From positions 1-39,208 of the forward strand of contig JBFIDQ010000002.1 of the NCBI GenBank assembly GCA_041603795.1: a DNA stretch of 39,208 bases, read 5' to 3'. Each line of letters opens with the position of its first letter. Position 1 is the stretch's first letter. Under the pieces are notes generated by a model. That model did not search any database and was not told the DNA's origin. It saw nothing but the letters and a program-made list of their open reading frames with translations. Below are positions 16,737 through 24,146 of the stretch, piece after piece. Origin of the DNA: Chlamydiales bacterium. GTDB taxonomy: Bacteria > Chlamydiota > Chlamydiia > Chlamydiales > JBFIDQ01. Made by a program: the position numbers and the translations under genes.

Positions 16737-16781
16737 AGAAAAGAGAAAATTAGGGAAAAATAGAGCAAGTCTCGGCAAGAC

Positions 16782-16822
16782 AAAAAGGGGAGCGGCATCC
16801 GTGCCAATCCCTTTTATTTTTT
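16782..16822. terminator. bidirectional rho-independent terminator between convergent modules
   Basis: AAAAAGGGGA..GGCA-TCCG-TGCC..TCCCTTTT followed by ATTTTTT. The reverse strand also ends in a T-run. Confidence 0.6.
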
Positions 16823-17032
16823 CGATTCAAAGTAAGTGCAAATTATCTTTTTTAAAATGCCTTGCTCTTCGATATATTTTTGACAAAATCCGCTCGGGTG
16901 CTCCCTGTTTTTATAGCGACACTTTCTGCAAGGAGTCACGATATAGCTTATAATGGAATGTATTAAGAGATAAAATAAATAGCAAAAAAACAAGCCAATA
17001 ATAATAAATTTTACCTTTACTTCGAGCGGCAT
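16814..17032 (-). CDS. small membrane protein with C-terminal Cys cluster
   Basis: ATG at 17032 lies 1 nt after the upstream stop; a TTG at 17047 is an alternative start. TM segment FIIIGLFFCYLFYLLIHSII followed by CRKC...C. Confidence 0.45.
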   Translation of the reverse strand: MPLEVKVKFIIIGLFFCYLFYLLIHSIISYIVTPCRKCRYKNREHPSGFCQKYIEEQGILKKIICTYFESKK

Positions 17033-17033
17033 A

Positions 17034-17264
17034 TCATTCACTTTCAAACTCCCCGACCGCTTCCATGAAGCGAATCATCATTCCCCAATCGGATATATAT
17101 CGAAGACCGTCCGGGAGCTCTCCTCGTTGAATACGATCGGCATCCAAGAGCTTCACCGTGCAAAAGTGATCCCCGTCCAAGAAGACGTCCGCAAGAGACA
17201 CGCTTATTTTTTGGAATTGGATCCGCTTCGATGCGTCGGAATGTAGCTTAATTTTCTTTGTCAT
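17034..17264 (-). CDS. hypothetical small protein (leftward operon)
   Basis: GGGAGG SD; overlaps the end of the upstream gene by 17 nt. Confidence 0.5.
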   Translation of the reverse strand: MTKKIKLHSDASKRIQFQKISVSLADVFLDGDHFCTVKLLDADRIQRGELPDGLRYISDWGMMIRFMEAVGEFESE

Positions 17265-17445
17265 TTTTCACCTCCCTAATTCCGTCCAAACATTGCTCGG
17301 CAAGCTCTAGTAGATCTCTTGCGACACCTTTTGCATGTTCGATTGAATTGGCCTCGATTTTAATCACGAGAGTCCTTCTCATATCAATGCGACCGCCATC
17401 ATTGCTACTATGCGGCGTCAATTTTAGCTCATATTTTTTTGTCAT
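17248..17445 (-). CDS. hypothetical small protein (leftward operon)
   Basis: GGAGGAG SD; ATGA overlap with the upstream gene. Confidence 0.5.
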   Translation of the reverse strand: MTKKYELKLTPHSSNDGGRIDMRRTLVIKIEANSIEHAKGVARDLLELAEQCLDGIREVKNDKEN

Positions 17446-17666
17446 TGCTCTCCTCCCGCATCAAGAACGGCTTGCTCTTTTGCTTCCTTAAGCGTGTCAA
17501 AGTAAGATCTCCACCTTGAGAAGTGGACACCATTATTCCCAATCACCCCAAGCCGAAAAATGGCACCTTTTGGAGTAGTCTCCTTTGTAATGACATAGGC
17601 TCCAAGATTTGGGGACGCCGCCCAAGTCGTCGCATTCACCTTGTGCCAATGAAAAATTAAAGTCAT
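17442..17666 (-). CDS. hypothetical small protein (leftward operon)
   Basis: AAGGAG SD. A hairpin (CCUUUU-GCUUCA-AAAAGG) in the leader partly overlaps the SD. Confidence 0.5.
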   Translation of the reverse strand: MTLIFHWHKVNATTWAASPNLGAYVITKETTPKGAIFRLGVIGNNGVHFSRWRSYFDTLKEAKEQAVLDAGGEQ

Positions 17667-17726
17667 AAGATTCTCCTTTTTGAAGCAAAAGGCTTCAATT
17701 TAGGCCATCCATGGCGGTCGCGTTGA

Positions 17727-17921
17727 TCAGGCCAATGAATTTGGCATCATTTTAATCAGTCTTATAAAGTTGTGCTGAGAGATTGATCCCTCATTGAAGT
17801 AGAATTGGAGAGTCTTGACCGCACCATCTCCGGGATAGTCTCCATTTATAAGAAAATAGATAGTGTTGAAATTAAGCTTCATTTCGATTGAGCGGCTTAT
17901 TAATTCGTTTAATTCAATCAT
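17727..17921 (-). CDS. hypothetical small protein, first gene of the leftward operon
   Basis: AAGGAG lies 7 nt before the ATG. Confidence 0.5.
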   Translation of the reverse strand: MIELNELISRSIEMKLNFNTIYFLINGDYPGDGAVKTLQFYFNEGSISQHNFIRLIKMMPNSLA

Positions 17922-17950
17922 TTAATTCTCCTTAGTTATTCAATATATAC

Positions 17951-17978
17951 ATAATAACCGAAGATCCTCGGAGTCCAA
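17951..17978 (-). promoter_or_regulatory. sigma70-like leftward promoter candidate
   Basis: On the minus strand: TTGGAC (17978-17973), then 16 nt, then TATTAT (17956-17951). The spacer contains the near-palindrome CCGAAGATCCTCGG. Confidence 0.35.
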
Positions 17979-18037
17979 AAAACAACAACTTGCGACGTGT
18001 TAACTTCCAAAAAGTCTCCAAGAAGTGCCGAGGATCT
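17962..18037. repeat. 10-bp perfect inverted repeat AGATCCTCGG / CCGAGGATCT with a 56-bp spacer
   Basis: Read directly: 17962-17971 is the reverse complement of 18028-18037. The left arm is part of the 14-bp near-palindrome 17958-17971, which is centred on GATC. Confidence 0.85.
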
Positions 18038-18099
18038 AGGGCATATCACGACGCTCCTCAAGATTGCAAATTCATGCGAAAATAAGACATGATAGGAGC

Positions 18100-18128
18100 T
18101 TGAAAATATAACGCTTCTCGAATATTAA
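18100..18128 (+). promoter_or_regulatory. sigma70-like rightward promoter candidate
   Basis: TTGAAA (18100-18105), then 17 nt, then TATTAA (18123-18128). Confidence 0.35.
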
Positions 18129-18153
18129 ATAGGATTTTATCGTGTCAAAAAAG

Positions 18154-18330
18154 ATGATCAAGCTCACCATTGCTTCAAATGGCTCCAAAGTCTTAATCGA
18201 TCCCGAATTTATAATATCAGTATTCGAGAATGAGAAAATCGACGGCTCGAATATCAATATGGAGAAGGGCCCATTTTTTAAAGTGGAAGAATCGCCGGAG
18301 CAAATTGAAGAATTGATCGGAGAAGCTTAA
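18154..18330 (+). CDS. small protein with FlbD-like sequence pattern
   Basis: MIKLTIASNGSKVLIDPEFIISVFENEKIDGSNINMEKGPFFKVEESPEQIEELI resembles the FlbD pattern MIKLTRLNG..f.lN.dlIe.ie..pDT.I.L.nG.ky.VkES.eevi. A GTG at 18142 is an alternative start. Confidence 0.4.
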   Translation: MIKLTIASNGSKVLIDPEFIISVFENEKIDGSNINMEKGPFFKVEESPEQIEELIGEA

Positions 18331-18752
18331 TGGCAAAAAAGACGTCCAAAGATATTGAGCCCAAGAAGGCGGGACGCCCAAAAGGAGCCGTGAATAAAAA
18401 GACGCTCCAAGTCTCGGAGATCCTCGCGCTCAAAGGAATGGATCTTGTCGGAGAGCTCACAAAGATTCTCTTCCCGGATGAGGATGAGCTCCAAGCAAAG
18501 CTCGAGCAATTGGAAGCATTCGCCGAGCGTGGAATAAGACCGCCCGCCGATATGTTTGGAATTGGCGAGAAGGACAAAGCGAATCTCATTCTCAAATTAA
18601 TGGAATATGTGTATCCCAAGCGGAGATCAATCGATCTCAAGGCTGACATCGATATTCACAAGATCAAAGAGCATCGAGTCACGCTTCAAGCGATATCAAA
18701 CGATCCGAAGGCATTCGAAGCCATCGAGACAATATGCGAGGTGATTAAATGA
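18330..18752 (+). CDS. terminase small subunit candidate
   Basis: TAATG overlap. The N-terminus KKAGRPKGAVNKKT and the later LMEYVYPKRRS resemble small-terminase families. Lies at the head of the packaging module. Confidence 0.4.
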   Translation: MAKKTSKDIEPKKAGRPKGAVNKKTLQVSEILALKGMDLVGELTKILFPDEDELQAKLEQLEAFAERGIRPPADMFGIGEKDKANLILKLMEYVYPKRRSIDLKADIDIHKIKEHRVTLQAISNDPKAFEAIETICEVIK

Positions 18753-19000
18753 TCCTTTATAAATACAAGGGGGAGCGATATGTCCTCCACATGAAGGCGA
18801 GAAGGAAGTGTCCGGAGACTAGGGATTGGATCCCGGTCGTGCTTTATTTTAATGTGAATAAAGCGTCCCAAATATTTGTCCGCGATGAGGTGGAATTTTT
18901 AGAGCGATTCGAGGAGATATATGTCGAAGACAAGCTCGATTGTGGAGCCGTCCAATTGGATATCGAAGGAGCCCGTGATGGGATGCTGTCCAATTTGTGA
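18749..19000 (+). CDS. DUF1653-like protein
   Basis: The pattern LYKYKGERYVL...ETRDWIPVVLY....ASQIFVRDEVEFLERFEEI matches Y+HyKG..Y.v...a...et.e..VvY......w.RP...F. Confidence 0.45.
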   Translation: MILYKYKGERYVLHMKARRKCPETRDWIPVVLYFNVNKASQIFVRDEVEFLERFEEIYVEDKLDCGAVQLDIEGARDGMLSNL

Positions 19001-19184
19001 AGCGAGCGTCAATAAGTGCCAATGCTGGAAGGATTGGGACAGGGAGCTTCAAAAATACAAGAGAGCCTATGAGGTCTTAAGAGACGGAGTGACCGGGCTC
19101 CACATGCCTCATGTGTCCGTGGATTGCAATAATTGTGCAATCGGGAGAGCTCTCAATAAAGCGGAGAAGATCATTGGCGAATAA
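18978..19184 (+). CDS. Cys-rich small protein
   Basis: GAAGGAG lies 6 nt before ATG 18978. Sequence MGCCPICEASVNKCQC...CNNC. Confidence 0.4.
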   Translation: MGCCPICEASVNKCQCWKDWDRELQKYKRAYEVLRDGVTGLHMPHVSVDCNNCAIGRALNKAEKIIGE

Positions 19185-19443
19185 TTATCAATCATTTGAG
19201 CCATGCGTGGCATGTGGCGAAGAGTATCTCGATCGATGCTTCCACCACGTCAAGAGTCGAGGATCCGGAGGCACGGAAGATCCATGGAATAGAATAAGCC
19301 TTTGCTTCCTTTGCCATGAATTGATACATCGCGGAGTGAGAAAAATGCCGAAGAAAAAATTTATAAACGTGCTCGATTGGCTTCATTCAAATGGATGGGA
19401 GCTCGTCGAGGAATTTGGAAGAGAAAAATTGAGGAGAATTTAA
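19174..19443 (+). CDS. HNH endonuclease
   Basis: HNH core CVACGEEYLDRCFHHVKSRGSGGTEDPWNRISLCFLCHELIH. The start is uncertain: TTG 19174 with GGAGA upstream, or ATG 19111. Confidence 0.7.
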   Translation: MANNYQSFEPCVACGEEYLDRCFHHVKSRGSGGTEDPWNRISLCFLCHELIHRGVRKMPKKKFINVLDWLHSNGWELVEEFGREKLRRI

Positions 19444-19577
19444 TGGAATTGATTATCCCTAAGTGGATTTTTTGGGCGATAGGACTCGGGGTAGGGGTAC
19501 CGCTTATCGTTGTAATTTTGTTTTTTGCTTACCTTGGGCTCATGTGGGCGAGGTCGGATTGGAGAATATCATGGTGA
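19443..19577 (+). CDS. small membrane protein (44 aa)
   Basis: TAATG overlap with the HNH stop. TM segment WIFWAIGLGVGVPLIVVILFFAYLGLMW. Confidence 0.4.
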   Translation: MELIIPKWIFWAIGLGVGVPLIVVILFFAYLGLMWARSDWRISW

Positions 19578-19822
19578 AGCAAGTCGAAGACTATGTGGAG
19601 CCGACTCAAGAAGATATTGATCGAGTGGCAAAGATCATCGCCGATGCCAAAGAGATCTCCGCTTATAATCCCTTTTTAAAATGGCCTCGGAATCGTCCGT
19701 GTCCATGCAATTCAGGGAAAAAATTCAAGGTGTGCTGTCTTGACACGATCCCAAAGAAGATCCCTCTCAAGAATGCGGCATTGATAATGGACGGAATGAA
19801 AAAAGCGGGGATCGTCCTTTGA
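19571..19822 (+). CDS. SEC-C motif protein
   Basis: GGAGA lies 5 nt before the ATG. CPCNSGKKFKVCC matches the SecA C-terminal metal-binding motif. Confidence 0.65.
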   Translation: MVKQVEDYVEPTQEDIDRVAKIIADAKEISAYNPFLKWPRNRPCPCNSGKKFKVCCLDTIPKKIPLKNAALIMDGMKKAGIVL

Positions 19823-19833
19823 GAGAGGTCTTG

Positions 19834-19986
19834 ATGTCTCATATTCTTAAGGCCAAATGGCTCTCATATATGGGCTATCTAATTGATGAGTGCCTCCTTG
19901 TCCGTAAGGAGATATTTGTCCCAAGCGAGATACTGGAATTAATTGATATTGAATATCAAAAGTGGAGATTTTGGAGACGTCAATGA
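19834..19986 (+). CDS. small hypothetical protein (50 aa), below the ORF-track cutoff
   Basis: ORF from ATG 19834 to TGA 19984-19986. The stop overlaps the next ATG (ATGA). Confidence 0.3.
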   Translation: MSHILKAKWLSYMGYLIDECLLVRKEIFVPSEILELIDIEYQKWRFWRRQ

Positions 19987-20222
19987 GTCTTAGAGGAAAA
20001 AAGAAGCATCATATTTCCGACTTCACATCGTGTCCGCATTGTGGACAAGAGTCTCATGGATATTATATCAAAGTGCAATATTCCGGATCTTATCAATGGA
20101 AGAAGGAATTCGACGGATCCGACAAGGATAATTCCGAAGTCTATGATCACCTTGTGGAGCATGGCGGGACAGTCGCTTATTGTGGATTGTGCGACAAGAG
20201 AATCGGGAGGAATAACTTGTGA
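19983..20222 (+). CDS. zinc-ribbon protein candidate
   Basis: Cys pairs CPHCG....CGLCDK; ATGA overlap upstream. Confidence 0.45.
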   Translation: MSLRGKKKHHISDFTSCPHCGQESHGYYIKVQYSGSYQWKKEFDGSDKDNSEVYDHLVEHGGTVAYCGLCDKRIGRNNL

Positions 20223-21625
20223 ATCTTGATCCCCGTGTCGCGGACAATCTTTGGAGGACTCTCCCTCACACTTATGCGGCCCATGCATCGGGCGGGAGAT
20301 GGCTTCCTTACAAGCATTGCGTGATCCTAGGACGAGCGATCGCGGAGTGCGTTGCGAAGCCGGACGGGAGACTTCTCGTCTTAATGCCGCCTCGACATGG
20401 TAAGTCCGAAGAGATCTCTTTTTGGACGCCGACATGGTATCTCGATTTATTCCCACAAAAGAGAGTTATGCTCGCGTCTTATGCCGCGGATCTTGCACAA
20501 GGATTCGGACGGAGAGTGAGGAATGAGATCAAAACAAATCCCCATGTGGACGTCCTTCTCGCCGAAGACTCTCAAGCCAAAGGTGAATGGCACACTCGAG
20601 ACGGTGGAGGAATGGTGTCGACCGGGCTTGATGGCTCCGTCACTGGTAAGGGAGGCGACTTAATTATCGTCGATGATATTGTGAAAAATTGGGAGCAAGC
20701 GCGATCAATGGCATATCACAAGAAGTGCCGTGATTGGTTCGACACGACTTTATATACAAGACTCGAGCCCGAAGGATCCATGATCGTCTTAATGACGCCG
20801 TGGCATGAAGCGGATCTTGCGGGATATCTTCAAGGAGAGCACGAGGACAATTGGACAGTGCTCCGTCTCCCGGCAATATGTGAGGAGCAAAAGCTCGGCG
20901 AAGAGCGGGATCCTCTCGGAAGGAAGGAAGGCGAGGCCCTTTGTCCCGATCGATATCCGGTCAAGAGATTGAAGGCCATCAAAAAAGCCGTCGGTGTCAA
21001 AGGATGGAATGGACTCTTCCAATGTCGCCCAAGTGCCTTGGAAGGGAATATTTTCAAGCGCGAAGACATTCAATATTATCGGAATTTGCCGGAGACATTA
21101 TCTCAAAAGATCACGTCTTGGGACTTCACATTCAAGAAGAGCTCCACCGCCGATTATGTCGTCGGTCAAGCATGGGGGAGAGTCGGTGCGGACAAATATC
21201 TCTTCCCATTCCAATTCCGGAAGCAATGTGGATTCCGTGATTCCAAAAAAGGAATGGTAGCACTCAAGAAGCGATATCCCGCGATCATGTCTCACCTCGT
21301 CGAAGCAAAAGCGAATGGGGATGCGATCATGGATGATTTGGGGAAGACGATCTCCGGGCTCAAGCCAATCAATCCGGGAGAGTCGAAGGAGGCGAGAGCC
21401 GAAGCGGTGAGTGATCAATGGGGATCCCTCAATATTTATTTGCCGCATCCCGATATTTGTGAAGGTGAATTGATTGACGATAAGCCGTGGATCCTCGCAT
21501 TTGTGGAAGAGCTCATGAATTTTCCCAATGCGAAGAATGACGACATGGTGGACGCAATGACTCAAGCCCTTGCTCACTTATCCGAATTTGAATTGGATTC
21601 ACTTGAGAATTTTCTCACCTTGTGA
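20219..21625 (+). CDS. terminase large subunit
   Basis: Walker A-like LMPPRHGKSE, Walker B DLIIVDDI, coupling motif LMTPWHEADL, and the C-terminal nuclease-domain end NAKNDDMVDAMTQAL. GTG start overlaps the upstream stop (GTGA). Confidence 0.85.
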   Translation: MNLDPRVADNLWRTLPHTYAAHASGGRWLPYKHCVILGRAIAECVAKPDGRLLVLMPPRHGKSEEISFWTPTWYLDLFPQKRVMLASYAADLAQGFGRRVRNEIKTNPHVDVLLAEDSQAKGEWHTRDGGGMVSTGLDGSVTGKGGDLIIVDDIVKNWEQARSMAYHKKCRDWFDTTLYTRLEPEGSMIVLMTPWHEADLAGYLQGEHEDNWTVLRLPAICEEQKLGEERDPLGRKEGEALCPDRYPVKRLKAIKKAVGVKGWNGLFQCRPSALEGNIFKREDIQYYRNLPETLSQKITSWDFTFKKSSTADYVVGQAWGRVGADKYLFPFQFRKQCGFRDSKKGMVALKKRYPAIMSHLVEAKANGDAIMDDLGKTISGLKPINPGESKEARAEAVSDQWGSLNIYLPHPDICEGELIDDKPWILAFVEELMNFPNAKNDDMVDAMTQALAHLSEFELDSLENFLTL

Positions 21626-21675
21626 CTTGACATCCCGCTTCTTGATACCATTTTAAAGTCATCAAGGAGGACAAT

Positions 21676-21924
21676 ATGTCAAAAACAAGATGCAAATTCG
21701 TGTGTCAAGAATGCAAGATCGGGAATGCGGGCGATGGCCTGATTTACACTTACAAGCTCGCGGCGGTCACAAGTGGATCCCCGGAGAATGAGGAATTTTG
21801 GAAGTGGACTCCAAATGGGGAGCTTAATTTTGATTGTGTCGCACAAAGGGACGCATTTATTCCAGGGGAGGAATATTATATCGATATCTCGCCGGTCAAA
21901 GATCTTAAGAAGATCGAGGGATAA
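21676..21924 (+). CDS. hypothetical protein
   Basis: AAGGAGG SD; 82 aa. Confidence 0.55.
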   Translation: MSKTRCKFVCQECKIGNAGDGLIYTYKLAAVTSGSPENEEFWKWTPNGELNFDCVAQRDAFIPGEEYYIDISPVKDLKKIEG

Positions 21925-22101
21925 AAGAGAATGGGGGATTCCTCATCCTTGAGTCGTCCCCCATATTTCAGGCTCCCATTCGGGAGAGACTTCAATTCCT
22001 TTTGTCGTCTCGGCATTCGCTAACACACTTCCCAATTATATCTCCTTGACGCGCATTGAAGCAATCTTGTCGAGCGGACATTTACTTGCAATAATTAAGG
22101 A

Positions 22102-22356
22102 ATGAGTACACTTATCGAAATATTCAATAATGATTCAAAGCACTATGCCTCCAAAAGCGTCTTATTTAAAGCGATGCGATTGAATGAGGGAATGACGTTC
22201 ACTCTTCCTCGTGGAGAATTGACAGGTGAGGAGGGAGATTTTCTTCTCAAAATGCCTTGTGGCGAATACACTGTCATTTGTGAAAAATCTTTTAATCTAG
22301 TATTTGCAGAATTGGAGATCGGCGATCTCCTTATCATGGAGCCAAAGAATGAGTAA
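22102..22356 (+). CDS. hypothetical protein
   Basis: ORF of 84 aa. The SD abuts the ATG, so spacing is poor. Confidence 0.4.
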   Translation: MSTLIEIFNNDSKHYASKSVLFKAMRLNEGMTFTLPRGELTGEEGDFLLKMPCGEYTVICEKSFNLVFAELEIGDLLIMEPKNE

Positions 22357-23959
22357 AAAACTTGATATCGCAACGGTAGCGAAAAAAGCAAATGACGGAT
22401 GGACGAATGTCATGTCCGGATTAAATATCAAAGGCAAGGACAAGAAAGTCTCCACGCAAATGTCTTATGTGCGATGCGGACAAATCGACGCCGAGCAAAT
22501 ATTTTCGGGCGATGATCAAGCGGAGAAAATTGTCTCCACTCTCCCCGAAGATATGATGAGAGAAGGCACCACATTCACCGGAGAAGATACTTCCGAGACA
22601 TTCAGTCTTGACATGAAGTCTTATGCGGACTCACTTGGATTCTTTGAGAAGTATCTCGAAGGGCTCATTTGGGCTCGACTATATGGTGGAGCGGGAATTG
22701 TGATGGGGATCAATGATGGTGGACGCGAGAGCGATCCCGTGAATGTCGATAGGATCCGCTCAATCGATTGGCTTGCCACATTCCACCGATATGAGCTTGA
22801 GCCCAATGGGATCCAAGCGGACGTAAGGAAGCCCGGATTCCGTCTTCCTGAATTTTATAAATTGACCGGTACAACACAATCAATTGCCGAAGCCGGAGAG
22901 AATGAATTCGCGGGATCCAAGATCCACGCTTCAAGGATTCTTAGAATCGATGGCATGATGCTCCCGACGACTCAATTCCAGGCCAATAATTATTGGGGAG
23001 ATTCGATCTTCTCAAGACTTAAAGATGATCTTCAAAATTGGAATATGTCTTATGATTCCGTGGCGACAATCATCTCGGAATACACAATCCCCATTTTTAA
23101 AATGAAGAATCTTGGACAATTGCTCGCCGAAGGGAGAGACGATCTTGTCCAAAAGAGACTTGATCTCGTCAATTCGGTGAAGTCCGTTGTGAGAGCAATC
23201 ATTCTCCAAGACGATGAGTCCTTCTCAAGAGAGACTCCAAATCTTGGGCCTCTCCCCCAATTGCTCGACAAGATGGATAATCGCCTTGCCTCATCTTCAA
23301 AGATGCCCGCGACTATTCTATTCGGTGCCGGCCCAAAGGGAGGGCTTGGAGCGACCGGGACGTCGGAGGAGAAGGATTGGAATAAGCACGTCGGAAGACA
23401 ACAAGAGAAGCAAATGAATCCCAATTATGACAAATTCTTTGGATATGCCCTTGCTTCAAGCGATGGCCCAACAAAAGGGAGCGTCCCGAATACTTGGGGA
23501 TACACTCATGATCCACTTGATGAGCAAAGCCAATCGGAAGTCCTCAAGGATCGAGAGATTCAATCAAAGATCGACGATGTTTATATGAGGAATGGTGTCC
23601 TTGATCCGGAAGAAGTCACGGCTTCAAGATTTGGGACAGGTGAATATTCTCACGAGACGACGATCGATGAGGAGAATCGCAAGGATCCCGAGATCACCGA
23701 AGATGATATCAAGAAAATGAAGAATGACTTCGATGAGAATGAGCGGACTCACATCCATGAATTCGAAGGGATTAAGACGTCTCCGGCAATATCGGACGGA
23801 CGTGGCGGTCACTTCCACCATTGGAATTCGGAAGACGGTGAGCGGTGGATAGCGTGGCATCCTTCTCAAGATGGTGAAGGGCATGAGCACTCAAATGCAA
23901 TTGGGGACGTCACGGAAAATATGAGAGTAATCACATTCGGAGAATTATTTGGAGAATAG
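22349..23959 (+). CDS. portal protein (DUF1073-type)
   Basis: The N-terminus DGWTNVMSGLNIKGKDKK...IFSGDDQAEKIVSTLPEDMMREG matches the W.N..tGlG...DK...a.kiv..p.edm.R.G signature. The position fits a portal. ATG 22349 overlaps the upstream stop by 8 nt. Confidence 0.75.
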   Translation: MSKKLDIATVAKKANDGWTNVMSGLNIKGKDKKVSTQMSYVRCGQIDAEQIFSGDDQAEKIVSTLPEDMMREGTTFTGEDTSETFSLDMKSYADSLGFFEKYLEGLIWARLYGGAGIVMGINDGGRESDPVNVDRIRSIDWLATFHRYELEPNGIQADVRKPGFRLPEFYKLTGTTQSIAEAGENEFAGSKIHASRILRIDGMMLPTTQFQANNYWGDSIFSRLKDDLQNWNMSYDSVATIISEYTIPIFKMKNLGQLLAEGRDDLVQKRLDLVNSVKSVVRAIILQDDESFSRETPNLGPLPQLLDKMDNRLASSSKMPATILFGAGPKGGLGATGTSEEKDWNKHVGRQQEKQMNPNYDKFFGYALASSDGPTKGSVPNTWGYTHDPLDEQSQSEVLKDREIQSKIDDVYMRNGVLDPEEVTASRFGTGEYSHETTIDEENRKDPEITEDDIKKMKNDFDENERTHIHEFEGIKTSPAISDGRGGHFHHWNSEDGERWIAWHPSQDGEGHEHSNAIGDVTENMRVITFGELFGE

Positions 23960-24146
23960 ATCTCCATGCTTCTTGGAGATCGGGATCCGAATCGATCCCA
24001 AATATAAGACACTCAAGGAAGGTGCTGAATTCAAAATCCAATACAAGATCGGACATGAATGGACGGATGCTCAAGCGAGGATCATCGTCCCAAAGCATCG
24101 TATTAAGGACTTTTTAAAGTATATTAAGGAAAAATATGGACATTAA
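23949..24146 (+). CDS. hypothetical small protein (start uncertain)
   Basis: It is the only ORF in the portal-to-MTase gap. TTG starts are possible at 23949 or 23973, and the SD is weak. Confidence 0.25.
   Translation: MENRSPCFLEIGIRIDPKYKTLKEGAEFKIQYKIGHEWTDAQARIIVPKHRIKDFLKYIKEKYGH

Noticed and set aside
16437-16778. A 113-aa minus-strand ORF antisense to the zinc-ribbon ORF.
   Set aside because: It lies beyond (downstream of) the bidirectional terminator that ends the leftward operon. It has no SD and overlaps two + strand ORFs that follow the local coupling pattern. The + strand call itself is only moderate confidence.
21627-21660. A perfect TTGACA -35 box after the terminase gene was considered as a promoter.
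   Set aside because: There is no convincing -10 hexamer at 16-19 nt spacing (ATTTTA/TTTTAA only), so it was not listed as a feature.
21931-22023. A 30-codon ORF (MGDSSSLSRPPYFRLPFGRDFNSFCRLGIR) in the structured gap.
   Set aside because: It has no SD, and the sequence is explained by two hairpins, so it is more likely non-coding.
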